Positions 1 to 9,694 of a DNA stretch of 64,000 nucleotides are shown here, piece by piece. Under the pieces are notes generated by a model, which searched no databases, was not told the origin of the DNA, and saw nothing but the letters and a program-made list of their open reading frames with translations. This stretch comes from an uncultured Enterobacteriaceae bacterium. GTDB lineage: Bacteria > Desulfobacterota > Binatia > Bin18. How positions within the stretch are numbered: the stretch's first letter is position 1; every line of letters starts with the position of its first letter. Position numbers and translations under genes: made by a program. The stretch is from the NCBI GenBank assembly GCA_964495015.1, contig CAZBUD010000016.1, forward strand, positions 3,491 through 67,490, given 5' to 3'.

Positions 1-1115
1 TATCAGATTGCAGCCACTCAACTGCCTCAATATAGCGCACGGCCGTCCGCGCGCGGCCGATTTCGGCCATGGCCCAGGTGTTGATCTCAACATCGTCTTG
101 ACTGATTTGTTTGCCCGTCTGTTTGGACAAGGTATTGAGATGCGAGGCGATCGCGCTCGTCAAAATAGCCCAGACGTGCCGTCGCAGTTCCTGTTCAGCA
201 TCGAGCGCGGAGGGATACGCTTCTTCAATCGTGTGTCCGAGTGCACCGAGAAGTTGAACCGTTTCTTGGACTGCGGCGACACAATTCGGATGCAGTGGCA
301 CGGCCTTGCCTGGAAAGTGGCCAAGAAAGCCTATCCGCAGTCGGCCTGGATCAGCGCCGACTTCTTCCAAAAACGGTCGGGCCGAGGGGGGAGCAAAATA
401 CGGATCGCCAGGCATGGGTCCGGCGATCACATCCAGGATGGCGGCCGTATCGCGCACGGAGCGCGTTACCACGTGTTCATTGACTAAGCCCTGCCAGATC
501 TCGCCATACTCGGGTCCAAGCGATGCGCGTGCGCGTGTAGACTTGAGTCCAACCAAGCCGCACTCGCTAGCGGGAATACGAGTTGAGCCACCGCCGTCGT
601 TAGCATGCGCCGCCGGAACCATGCCGGATGCAACTGCGGCTCCTGCGCCGCCGCTTGATCCCCCAGTAGAATGATTTATGTTCCAGGGATTCCGAGTTGG
701 GCCATAGGCTTCCGGCTCAGTCGTGGGCATGCTGGCGAACTCAGGTGTGTTTGTTTTGCCCAAGAAAATAAAACCCGCCACGCGTAGCTTGGCGGCCATA
801 TAGGTGTCTTCTTTCGCCGTCCAGCTGAGGTCTTTGAGAAAACGTGTGCCCTGATGATACGGGTCACCGGCTGAGTGACAACCAAAATCCTTGAGGAGAA
901 ACGGGACGCCCTTGAATGGCCCGTCCGGTACGTCAGTGGACTTTGCTTGCATACGCGCTTTTTCAAACAGCGGAGTAATAACTGCGTTGAGCTGTGGGTT
1001 GGTTTTCTCTACCCTGGCAATGGCGGCATCGACCAGTTCGAGCGGAGTCGTTTCGCCTTTGTGTACAAGATCGGCCTGGGCAATCGCATCGAGACGGGCG
1101 AGTTCATCGGCCATA
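1..1115 (-). CDS. Amidase (amidase-signature family), partial; the C-terminus lies beyond the window start
   Basis: Reverse-strand reading from ATG (complement of 1113-1115) gives [76 protein letters not shown]. It continues through a [12 protein letters not shown] amidase signature and a [10 protein letters not shown] serine motif. An SD-like GAGGAT sits 8 nt upstream. The frame is open to position 1. Confidence 0.8.
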
Positions 1116-1186
1116 GTTTTATCCTCTGAAAGAGATCTTTCCCCTTAACAAACTCGAGGTGAAATAAGAAGGCTAAGCAGGGATTG

Positions 1187-1402
1187 TTACCCTTTGACCC
1201 TCAGATCCTGTAACGCTGCCCATTTCTGGTATTCAAATATCCAAATGACCAAACACGGAATCGCGATGATCCATCCCCTTCCCAATAGCGCTGCACTGCC
1301 ACGCCAAACCCTTGGATGAGCAAAAACAACCCCGATCACCTCCAGCCCACCATACTTCTGAGACTCTGAGGCTGTGTCCCCCTGCGGATAACGCCTCGCC
1401 AT
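1187..1402 (-). CDS. Hypothetical small membrane protein (2 predicted TM helices) upstream of the amidase
   Basis: ORF MARRYPQGDTASESQKYGGLEVIGVVFAHPRVWRGSAALLGRGWIIAIPCLVIWIFEYQKWAALQDLRVKG. Hydrophobic stretches, same strand as the amidase and 70 bp upstream of it. No clear SD, so weak. Confidence 0.25.
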   Translation of the reverse strand: MARRYPQGDTASESQKYGGLEVIGVVFAHPRVWRGSAALLGRGWIIAIPCLVIWIFEYQKWAALQDLRVKG

Positions 1403-1842
1403 TGACGGACACGTCATGACCGAGCCATCGGAGCGACGTGGCAACCAACTAGGCCAAGAACTCTGCCAACGGCTGGAGCACATAGACCTGAACCACGGGT
1501 CAGCGCAAGCCGACAAACAGGCCAACCAAGGCCAGCAGCGCCCCGCCAAGAAAGTGGAGGAGTTGGGAGCGAAAACCCTGGTTCTACCCTACGTCTGCGT
1601 GGGTGGAAGGGATTCCTCCTGCCGGCGCTGCAGTGTGAGTCGTCGGTTCCATCCGTAGCATTCAGCCTTTGCCCTCAATTTTCTGCCTTTCCGACTCTAT
1701 GCCTTTCATCAATACACGGTCAAGGTAAGCAGACAATTCCAATGGCCCTTTGACTGCGTGAGAAAATGTATTGGCATAAGGTCTCCGCCTAGCTTTCTGT
1801 CCTCCTGCCTGTTATGCGAAAACGAAGCGAAGGAGGCCTAGC

Positions 1843-2238
1843 ATGGCAAGACGCAAAGACATTACCCCACAGGCGATGCAGACTATTCGAGAACACTTTC
1901 GCTATTCGCCCGGCGTGCGAGCCGGCAATCTTCTCTATATTGCGGGCCAAGTCGGTCGGGATGAGAACTTGCAAGTCATCGTCGACAAAGAAGCCCAGTT
2001 CGTTCAGGCATTTGAAAATGTGAAGAAGGTATTGACTGAGGCCGGGGCAACGTTTGAGGATGTGGTGGAGATGGTCACCTACCATACAGACATGCGCGAC
2101 CTTGAACTTTTTATCTCGGTCAAAGATCGCTATATTACTAACCTCGACCGTCTCCCTACCTGGACAGGCATCGGAACGACAGCGCTGGCTATGCCCGCAC
2201 TCTTTGTCGAGATTAAGTGTACGGCCTATCTTGAATAG
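1843..2238 (+). CDS. ridA: RidA/YjgF/TdcF family reactive-intermediate deaminase
   Basis: 131 aa. RBS GAAGGAGG 5 nt upstream. Motifs YIAGQVG, TFEDVVEMVTYHTDM and the C-terminal VEIKCTAY are typical of the Rid family. Confidence 0.8.
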   Translation: MARRKDITPQAMQTIREHFRYSPGVRAGNLLYIAGQVGRDENLQVIVDKEAQFVQAFENVKKVLTEAGATFEDVVEMVTYHTDMRDLELFISVKDRYITNLDRLPTWTGIGTTALAMPALFVEIKCTAYLE

Positions 2239-2266
2239 GTCCGCTGATTCCTAGAAAGCAGACTAT

Positions 2267-3568
2267 ATGCCGCAATCAGAACAACTCGCACAACAACTAG
2301 AGCAACCTTCATACGGCTGGGTCATCGTCGGGGCAGGTCTCGTGATTAGCCTGTGCATGTACGGAGTCATCGAGTCCTTTGCCATTATGTTTAAACCCCT
2401 TGCCGAGCAGTTCGAATGGGACCGAGGGACTGTTTCGGTTGCGTCGATGATTAGCTGGATCAGCTTCGGCCTCTCAAGCCTGGTGTGTGGTCGGCTGAGT
2501 GATCGTTTTGGTTCAAAGTGGATAATCATAGGCGGCGCTCTTTTTTTTGTGACAGGAACGTTTCTGATGAGTCAGATCCAGTCATTGTGGCAGCTGTATC
2601 TGTATTTTGGCGTTATCCTAGCCATTGGACGGTCTGCGACTGGGGTGCCGATGGTCGCCCTAGTCACAAAATGGTTTGTGAAACGACAGGGCCTCGCACT
2701 GGCGCTTGCCCAATCACAGAACGTGGGCTCGGCCGTCTTTGCTCCGTTGGTTGTTTTCCTCCTTGCCCGCAACGATTGGCGTTGGTCGTATATCTGGCTT
2801 GGGGTAGTCACCTTGATCGTCCTTCCTTTGTCCCTGCTCATGCGGGATAAGCCTGTAGCACCGGTTTCCGCTCGGGGGGTGGACTCGGCTCTCAAAGGTT
2901 CTGATCAGACGGGGAGTGATCCAGTCCAAACTTCTGCATATAGGGCATCTGGCATGTCCCTGAGTGAGGCCATGCGGACACGAGCGTTTTGGACGCTCAA
3001 CTTCATGGTCTTGGGCTGTTGTATGTGTCACTCGTGCATTTTACTGCATGGGTTCAACCATATGACTGACGTGGGCATGCTGGAGTCGGTTGCGGCTCGG
3101 GTGGTGATGCTGATGGCTGTGTTTGGCATGATCGGTAAAATTGTTAACGGTCTATTAGCCGATCGTATCGGCGCGAAACGAGCGATTGCCCTGTTTCTTG
3201 GTTTACAGGCGGTGATGATTCCCTTTTTTATAGAAGCCCGGCAGGCACCCTCTTTCTACTCTTGGGCCGTCCTGTTTGGGCTAGGGTTTGGTGGGCCGAT
3301 GCCTGTCTACGCTATGCTCTTTCGAGAGTATTTTGGCACACGTGCGATTGGGACAATCTTGGGCGTCTTTTTTATGGTGGCGTCTATAGGTATGGGATCG
3401 GGGGGCATGATGGGTGGTGTATTGTACAATCTATTTGGCGATTATAGCGTGCCTTTTCTTACCAGTTCGACTACCGGTATGATCTCCGCCATTCTCGCTC
3501 TCACTTTACCTTCTCCGAAACGAGAGGCCCGAGTGCAAGCGCCACAGATGGCTTTGCAGACAAGCTGA
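2267..3568 (+). CDS. MFS transporter (oxalate/formate antiporter-like family)
   Basis: 433 aa, about 12 hydrophobic segments, with a soluble loop near residue 200. Motif GRLSDRFGSK after TM2 is the MFS signature. Confidence 0.8.
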   Translation: MPQSEQLAQQLEQPSYGWVIVGAGLVISLCMYGVIESFAIMFKPLAEQFEWDRGTVSVASMISWISFGLSSLVCGRLSDRFGSKWIIIGGALFFVTGTFLMSQIQSLWQLYLYFGVILAIGRSATGVPMVALVTKWFVKRQGLALALAQSQNVGSAVFAPLVVFLLARNDWRWSYIWLGVVTLIVLPLSLLMRDKPVAPVSARGVDSALKGSDQTGSDPVQTSAYRASGMSLSEAMRTRAFWTLNFMVLGCCMCHSCILLHGFNHMTDVGMLESVAARVVMLMAVFGMIGKIVNGLLADRIGAKRAIALFLGLQAVMIPFFIEARQAPSFYSWAVLFGLGFGGPMPVYAMLFREYFGTRAIGTILGVFFMVASIGMGSGGMMGGVLYNLFGDYSVPFLTSSTTGMISAILALTLPSPKREARVQAPQMALQTS

Positions 3569-3626
3569 CCAAGCTGAGAATACGGGGACAAAAGTTCCTC
3601 TCCTGCCTGGCCTGTTCCTGCCCTGA

Positions 3627-4565
3627 TTACGAGATGAGGTGTGCGGCGGTCTCGTCGCGATGTTTCTTGAGATAGGGCATGAACGGTGTCCCGCCCGTAC
3701 CGCGATCGGTCGGGTTGTCAGCGCGACACTGGTTCTGTTGATGGATATAGCGCCCCGCGTACTCCAGGTGGGTGGAACGGAAGAGTTCAATCTGGTGTAC
3801 ACAGGCGTCTCACGCGCTGCGCAGCCCAGAAGACCGTTGACACGGCGCCAGAACATACTCACGAATACAAGGGCCTTGTTCGATCGTCGCAATATAAACA
3901 CGGTGATGGAGGGGCATTTGGGCGCGCATCTCTCGCGGGTAGGGACGCAGCCGATCGTCTCGGTGCCCGATGCTGAGTGCAGCATCAAGACAAGGAATAA
4001 GAGAACGCTGGGCTCCGGTTTCACCTCGAAACTGGTGCGGGTGGGCTTTATAGGGCGTTACGCCTTGATACGCAACGCCGCGCGGGAGAGCAGGCTGGTC
4101 CTTCCGGCCGTGGATATAAGGTCGTACCCGGTCGTAATAGATAGACGGGTTGCACTGTTCAGGCATACGGAGCACGGTTGTGTACATATCTTGCACAACC
4201 GTAGCGATGAGGCCGAATTGATGTTCGAGTTCGTCCGGGCGGTTCTCACTCACAGCTCTTTGCGCTGAACCGATTGCTCTGAGCACCGAAGCAGCTTTCG
4301 CTTCGATATCGACGTGGATGAGAATAAACCATTCTTCGTCCAAGCTGGCCAAGAAATTGTGTAGCAGAACGATGTTGCCTAACGCGATTGGCCCGTTGGG
4401 CTCCAGCCGGCGGCAGTTGTAGAGTGCATACGAGGCGTAGGACAGAACCGGTGGACGATCGAGCTGGTGTGCTACGGCCCTAAACGAAACTTGACCTGTG
4501 CGGTAACAAAGCAGTATGAGGAGATGACTAGGGGGAGGTTTCCACGGCGCCGTTAGCAGCGCCAA
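3627..4565 (-). pseudogene. Indoleamine 2,3-dioxygenase (IDO)-family heme dioxygenase homolog with an in-frame TGA (3810-3812) and a short N-terminus
   Basis: The reverse frame encodes PPVLSYASYALYNC ... FILIHVDIEAKAASVLRAIG ... YYDRVRPYIHGRKDQPALPRGVAYQGVTPY ... FRGETGAQRSLIPCLDAAL ... MRAQMPLHHRVYIATIEQGPCIREYVL. These align with the IDO blocks [76 protein letters not shown] and [27 protein letters not shown]. After ...GLRSA comes an in-frame TGA. The same frame then continues as DACVHQIELFRSTHLEYAGRYI (IDO: [22 protein letters not shown]) to a TAA at 3627-3629. The start is a TTG at 4565, directly preceded by a TAA. Confidence 0.6.
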
Positions 4566-4620
4566 ATGGTGGAGAGCTTACACATTAAGCTCATCAAGCA
4601 AGCCAGGAAGGAGGCAGACT

Positions 4621-5805
4621 ATGCAATTTTTCAACTTCCATCTCATGCCCTGGCCACACGTACCAGAGGATTTTGGCGATGCTGAAAAATATCCCTCAGC
4701 TTGGGTCACGTTCTCCAATGAGCACTATGATCCCGAAAAAGGGCAGGATCTGTATAATCGCTATCTGGATGAGCTGGAGTATGCAGAAACGTTAGGTTTC
4801 GATGGCGTATGCGTGAACGAGCATCATCAAAATACGTATGGCACCATGCCGTCGCCCAATATTATTGCCGCCTTGCTTGCGCGCAGAACCAGTCGGGTCA
4901 AGATCGCCATGGTCGGCAACGGGCTGCCGTTGCGCGAGCATCCGATACGGGTGGCAGAGGAGATTGCGATGCTCGACGTCGTCACTGGCGGGCGCATTAT
5001 CTCCGGTTTTGTGCGTGGTATTGGGTGCGAGTATTACTCTATGGGGGTCAATCCTACCCACTCTCTTGCGCGTTTTCGGGAGGCGCATGATTTGATTATT
5101 CGCGCTTGGACCGAGACCGGGCCGTTTAACTTTGACGGTGAACACTACCAGGTTCGCTATGTCAACCTGTGGCCACGTCCGTTTCAACAACCGCATCCTC
5201 CCATCTGGATCCCCGGTTTTGGCAGTAAAGATACAATGAGTTGGTGCGCTGATCCGGCTCGCAAGTACCCCTATTTAGCCGTGTACATGTCGGACGCACT
5301 CGTCAAAACGTATTTCGATCAATATCGTGCGGAGGCCGAGAAATGTGGATATACAGCTTCTCCGTACCAACTGGGTCATTTGCTCCCCATCTATGTGGCT
5401 GAAACCGATGAGCGTGCTCGTGAAGAAGCGGCAGACCACGTTCTGTGGCTTTATCACCGGGGGTTGCGGATTCCCTTAAACATGCTCTTCCCGCCGGGGT
5501 ATGTTACGCAGGAGTCCATGAAACATGTTTTGGGGATGGCTGATGATCTCGACTATGCCAAGATGTCTTTCGATGACCTGAATGATCGCGGCTATTGTGT
5601 CGTGGGCGGTGTGGAGACCGTTAAGCAACGGCTTGCCGCTTCTATCAAAGAATTAGGCTACGGCATTTTACTGTCCCTACTCCAGATTGGTGACATGCCG
5701 CACTACCGGACCGTCAAAAATATGGAGCTGTTCGCCACTGAGGTCATGCCGTATTTGAGAAAAGAGTTTCAGGGCATGCAGGAAAAGTGGGCTCAGGCCG
5801 CGTAG
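4621..5805 (+). CDS. LLM-class (luciferase-like) flavin-dependent oxidoreductase
   Basis: 394 aa. RBS AGGAAGGAGG upstream. TIM-barrel LLM hallmarks are present (LGFDGVCVNEHH, PIWIPGFG, C-terminal helical bundle). Confidence 0.8.
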   Translation: MQFFNFHLMPWPHVPEDFGDAEKYPSAWVTFSNEHYDPEKGQDLYNRYLDELEYAETLGFDGVCVNEHHQNTYGTMPSPNIIAALLARRTSRVKIAMVGNGLPLREHPIRVAEEIAMLDVVTGGRIISGFVRGIGCEYYSMGVNPTHSLARFREAHDLIIRAWTETGPFNFDGEHYQVRYVNLWPRPFQQPHPPIWIPGFGSKDTMSWCADPARKYPYLAVYMSDALVKTYFDQYRAEAEKCGYTASPYQLGHLLPIYVAETDERAREEAADHVLWLYHRGLRIPLNMLFPPGYVTQESMKHVLGMADDLDYAKMSFDDLNDRGYCVVGGVETVKQRLAASIKELGYGILLSLLQIGDMPHYRTVKNMELFATEVMPYLRKEFQGMQEKWAQAA

Positions 5806-5845
5806 GTGAGGATCGGAGCTCGCATGCTTCGGCCCTCCGGAGGCT

Positions 5846-6634
5846 CTACCTATCACTTGCGAGTTGCTGCAGGACCTCCAGAACAGCCCGATGAATGTGA
5901 CTGTTTGACGCAAGCGTTTGCTCACCGTGGAGATCGAAACGAGCGCCAGAAAAATCACTCGTACGGCCTCCGGCTTCTTCGACCAGGAGTGAGCCGGCTG
6001 CAACATCCCACGGGTGCAGCCGCCACTCCCAGAAGCCATCCGCCCGGCCACAGGCCACATAGCACAAGTCGAGCGCAGCAGAACCGCTCCGCCTGACACC
6101 GTGGGTGCGCAGCATAAAGGCTTCGTAGTAACGAAGATAAAATGCGCTCCGCGCGCGGCGATCATACGGGAAACCTGTCAGCAGCAGACTCTGATCAAGT
6201 TGTGCTGCGGAAGAGACATGAATCGAATTTCCGTTGAGATACGCGCCTCCGTTACGACTGGCGCAGAAGGTCTCGTTCCGAAGCGGGTCGTGGACCACCC
6301 CCACAATTATTTTTGACTCATAGGCGAGGGCGATAGAAACGGCAAAGTGTGGATAGGTGTGGGCAAAATTTGTGGTTCCGTCCAATGGATCGATATACCA
6401 ACAATACGGGCTGTCGGGGCCGGACCTGGCCGATTCCTCTGCGATGAACTTATGCGCTGGAAAACGTGAACGCAGCATATCGGTAATCAGACGATCAGCC
6501 GCTTTATCCACGTTGGTGACCAGATCGACCATGTCCGTTTTTATTTCGACTTGTTTGGTTTTGAGCCAGTTTTCCTTGAGAAGAAGACCTGCTTGCAGCG
6601 CCGCGTCTTGGGCAGCTGTTATGAACGCTCGCAT
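5846..6634 (-). CDS. suhB: Inositol monophosphatase family protein (SuhB-like)
   Basis: Carries DFVTNVDKAADRLI, WYIDPLDGTTNF and WDVAAGSLLVEEAGG motifs. I moved the start to the internal ATG (MRAFITAAQDAALQAG), because the longer ORF would overlap ispE. Confidence 0.8.
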   Translation of the reverse strand: MRAFITAAQDAALQAGLLLKENWLKTKQVEIKTDMVDLVTNVDKAADRLITDMLRSRFPAHKFIAEESARSGPDSPYCWYIDPLDGTTNFAHTYPHFAVSIALAYESKIIVGVVHDPLRNETFCASRNGGAYLNGNSIHVSSAAQLDQSLLLTGFPYDRRARSAFYLRYYEAFMLRTHGVRRSGSAALDLCYVACGRADGFWEWRLHPWDVAAGSLLVEEAGGRTSDFSGARFDLHGEQTLASNSHIHRAVLEVLQQLASDR

Positions 6635-6695
6635 AGATGTATTGTGGCAAGCGCGTTTGGCGCCTGCAATAGGACGATATAACGAAAGGATATCC

Positions 6696-7562
6696 GTGCG
6701 TATCTTTGCCCCAGCAAAAGTCAATCTTTTTCTACGTATTGTTGGCCAACGGTCCGATGGCTATCACCTACTGGATTCTCTCATGGCTCCGGTGCATTTA
6801 TATGACGCAATTGCGATTCAGGCCGAGAGGCGAGAGCAAAACAAGTTAAGAATCACACTGACCTGTGACAAGCTAGACCTACCGACTGATCAATCCAATC
6901 TCGCCTATCGAGCCGCTCTACTCATATGTAGAGAAACTGAAACCACTGCGACTATTACGATTGATCTGCAAAAAAATATTCCGGCTGGTGCAGGCTTAGG
7001 CGGCGGGAGTAGCGATGCCGCCGCTGTGCTCAAGGCCCTGAATTGTTTGCTCTCTTTGGGGCTGAATGTCTCCCAACTGTGCCAGTTGGCGGCGCAAATT
7101 GGGGCAGACGTTCCCTTTTTCATCCCTTGTAGGTTAGCCCGGGTGAGAGGAATTGGTGAAATCCTGACTCCTCTTCCGCCTCTTCCTCGGCACTGGCTGG
7201 TGATTGTAGTTCCGCCTTTTACTGTTTCTACACCATGGGCCTATCGACGCTTTGATGAGCTTTCTCCGGACGTGACATGCAGCCCAGCCGATTCGACACT
7301 GCAAATCACAGCTCAGCAATGGCCGGACATCGGTGTTTTTGTCAACGATCTTGAGCAGGCCGTTCTGCCGGAACACCCGCTTATCGCACAGAGCAAGAGT
7401 AGGCTTCTTGAACTCGGTGCTGAGATGGCCCTGATGTCTGGCAGTGGTTCTGCCGTATTCGGTGTCTTTACAGAGCAGCTACAGGCGCAGCAGGCTGCTG
7501 CGACTTTCACCGACTCCGAACAGGCATTTGTTGTGACAGTAGTAGAGCAGGCCTTGGAATAG
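6696..7562 (+). CDS. ispE: 4-diphosphocytidyl-2-C-methyl-D-erythritol kinase
   Basis: RIFAPAKVNLFLRIVGQRSDGYHLL and PAGAGLGGGSSDAAAVLKALN are GHMP-kinase/IspE signatures. I chose the GTG at 6696 because AAAGGA sits 6 nt upstream. The upstream part of the long ORF overlaps suhB. Confidence 0.8.
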   Translation: MRIFAPAKVNLFLRIVGQRSDGYHLLDSLMAPVHLYDAIAIQAERREQNKLRITLTCDKLDLPTDQSNLAYRAALLICRETETTATITIDLQKNIPAGAGLGGGSSDAAAVLKALNCLLSLGLNVSQLCQLAAQIGADVPFFIPCRLARVRGIGEILTPLPPLPRHWLVIVVPPFTVSTPWAYRRFDELSPDVTCSPADSTLQITAQQWPDIGVFVNDLEQAVLPEHPLIAQSKSRLLELGAEMALMSGSGSAVFGVFTEQLQAQQAAATFTDSEQAFVVTVVEQALE

Positions 7563-7863
7563 TGATTTCTTCTGTCTTCATCAGCATCGTTGTTGTGCTG
7601 TCGTAGGCGAGAGAGCAGGTGGGAGAGAAGGTTGCTCTTTTGCTCTTAACCGCAGTAGACTTTCCTTAGGAAAGGTGCTAAAAAACGCGGTCTCGAATAG
7701 CGGTCTGATCTTCTATAATCTGCTGATTTCATTTGACAATCGAATGACGATGGAATGGTTGGATAACCTGTCCGGCAAGGAGGACAGGTGGAAGGACGGG
7801 TTGGGCCAGTTGTATGTGAAGAAAGGAATACCGACAGCGATAGGGGAAGAGCAGCCGTAATGA

Positions 7864-7937
7864 TGGGGAGTAGCCAAGTCAGGTAAGGCACCGGGTTTTG
7901 ATCCCGGCATTCGCAGGTTCGAGTCCTGCCTCCCCAG
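7864..7937 (+). tRNA. tRNA-Gln (anticodon TTG)
   Basis: Cloverleaf by eye. Acceptor stem TGGGGAG/CTCCCCA. Anticodon stem CCGGG/CCCGG with loop TTTTGAT. T-arm GCAGG-TTCGAGT-CCTGC. Discriminator G. No encoded CCA. Confidence 0.75.
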
Positions 7938-7985
7938 CTGCCTTTCTGGGACGAGGTCGTGAGAGTCCTGTTCATGTGAGACGCC

Positions 7986-8951
7986 GTGTTAAAAATATTT
8001 GCTGGAAATTCAAATCGTCCGCTTGCGCAAGAGATCTGCGCTTCCCAGGGCAGTTCTCTCGGTACAGCTGATATCCGTACGTTTAGTGATGGTGAAATCG
8101 CGGTTGAGATCACGGAGAACGTCCGTGGGGGCGATATCTTTGTCGTCCAGTCCATCTGTACGCCCGGCAACGATAATCTTATGGAGCTGCTCCTGATGAT
8201 TGATGCCTTTAAGCGCGCGTCGGCCAATCGTATTACCGCTGTGGTCCCGTATTATGGATACGCACGACAAGATAGGAAAGTTGCGCCCCGGGTGCCCATT
8301 AGCGCCAAACTTGTTGCCGACCTAATAACGACGGCTGGCGCGTCTCGGGTGCTGACCGTTGAATTACACGCCGGACAGATCCAGGGCTTTTTTAATATCC
8401 CTGTTGATAATCTCTTTTCTTCGCAGGTCTTATTGCCGTATTTGCAGTCTCGGGTTGGCCGTGAGCCGGTTAGTGTGGTGTCTCCTGATGCGGGAGGAGT
8501 GGAGCGCGCGCGCGCGTTCGCCAAACGCATGGGAGCGTCGTTAGCAATTATTGATAAACGGCGCGCCCAGGAAGAGGAAAGTGAGATTGACGGCAAAGCG
8601 AACCGCGACGTTGTCGAGATGAACGTCATTGGTGAGGTTGATGGGCGTGTCGCTATTCTGGTTGATGATATGGTAGACACAGCAGGAACGTTGACGACAG
8701 CGGCCAACGCGATCCAGGATGCCGGCGCAAAAGCGGTGATTGCCTGCTGTACCCATGCGGTGCTGTCAGGGCCGGCTATCGAGCGCATCCAGGCCTCAGC
8801 CCTCGAAGAGTTGGTTGTCACGAACTCCATCCCACTTACGCCAGAAGCACAAGCTGTTGGAAAAATTCGGGTCCTTTCTGTGGCCCCGCTGATTGGAGAG
8901 GCTATTCGTCGGATACATAATGAAGAATCAATTAGTTCCTTGTTTGTGTAA
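7986..8951 (+). CDS. prs: Ribose-phosphate pyrophosphokinase (PRPP synthetase)
   Basis: 321 aa with canonical N-terminus [17 protein letters not shown], a [14 protein letters not shown] block and the PRPP-binding loop [10 protein letters not shown]. There is an acidic insertion of about 10 aa ([10 protein letters not shown]) before the flexible loop. Confidence 0.9.
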   Translation: MLKIFAGNSNRPLAQEICASQGSSLGTADIRTFSDGEIAVEITENVRGGDIFVVQSICTPGNDNLMELLLMIDAFKRASANRITAVVPYYGYARQDRKVAPRVPISAKLVADLITTAGASRVLTVELHAGQIQGFFNIPVDNLFSSQVLLPYLQSRVGREPVSVVSPDAGGVERARAFAKRMGASLAIIDKRRAQEEESEIDGKANRDVVEMNVIGEVDGRVAILVDDMVDTAGTLTTAANAIQDAGAKAVIACCTHAVLSGPAIERIQASALEELVVTNSIPLTPEAQAVGKIRVLSVAPLIGEAIRRIHNEESISSLFV

Positions 8952-8974
8952 GATCCAAAGAGAGAAGGATATCA

Positions 8975-9643
8975 ATGGAAACCATAAAACTCGGTGTTGA
9001 GCCCAGACAAGAAAAGGGCAAAGGCAAAGCTGGCCGACTGCGTAGGAGTGGCAAGGTGCCCGGAATCTTCTATGGTCCAGGCGAAGACGCTGTTTCGGTG
9101 TGTGTGAATACACGCGAGTTTCAGCAGCAAGTCTCACACCTCGAGGGATCACACCTCGTCCAGTTCCTCTCGGAGACACCACAGCTGAATGAAAAAATTG
9201 TACTGCTAAAAGAGGTGCAGCAGGATCCTATAACCGCAGACCCGCTCCATATTGACTTTTATGCGATCGATGTGAACGTGGTTCTCCAAGTTGGCGTAGT
9301 ACTTCATCTGACGGGTCGAGCGGAAGGAGTGACTGCTGGTGGTTCCCTACAACACGCTCGGCGGGAAATTATGGTGGAATGCCTGCCGCTTGACATCCCC
9401 GATTTCATTGAGGTCGATGTGTCGCATTTAGCCATTAACGATGCCATACACGTTGGAGATCTGACTCTCCCACCGAACGTCAAGTCTGTGGAGGACGCAC
9501 AGCTTATGCTTGCGTCTGTGATTGCCCCGGCTGCAGAACCAGAGCCTGAGGCCGAGGCTGTAGAAGATGAGGAAGCGGCTGGGGAGGGTGAAACTCCAGC
9601 TGAGGGAGAAGCTGCGGAAGGCGAGGCGCGGTCTGCCGAGTAA
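8975..9643 (+). CDS. rplY: 50S ribosomal protein L25 / general stress protein Ctc (long form with acidic tail)
   Basis: 222 aa. N-terminus KLGVEPRQEKGKGKAGRLRRSGKVPGIFYG matches the L25/Ctc family. The acidic, Glu/Ala-rich C-terminal extension marks the Ctc long form. Conserved prs-ctc-pth order. Confidence 0.85.
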   Translation: METIKLGVEPRQEKGKGKAGRLRRSGKVPGIFYGPGEDAVSVCVNTREFQQQVSHLEGSHLVQFLSETPQLNEKIVLLKEVQQDPITADPLHIDFYAIDVNVVLQVGVVLHLTGRAEGVTAGGSLQHARREIMVECLPLDIPDFIEVDVSHLAINDAIHVGDLTLPPNVKSVEDAQLMLASVIAPAAEPEPEAEAVEDEEAAGEGETPAEGEAAEGEARSAE

Positions 9644-9694
9644 TGCCCCTGATGGGTTGCGGGGTGTGATGGAATAGCGAGATGAAATGGGATA

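Noticed and set aside
8-1129. Plus-strand ORFs 8-487, 241-483, 306-674, 875-1129 and 891-1148, and minus ORF 676-966
   Set aside because: Arg/Gly/Pro-rich shadow frames of the minus-strand amidase. The amidase frame is unbroken from 1115 to position 1 and shows the GGSSGG signature.
3639-4268. Plus-strand 209-aa ORF
   Set aside because: It is the antisense shadow of the IDO-like gene and has no protein-like features.
6357-6695. The 5' extension of the ispE ORF (113 extra codons)
   Set aside because: It overlaps suhB on the opposite strand. A GTG with a good SD at 6696 is followed directly by the conserved IspE N-terminus.
7646-8270. Minus-strand ORFs inside prs
   Set aside because: Antisense to a highly conserved gene, with a low-complexity Ser/Thr/Arg-rich composition.
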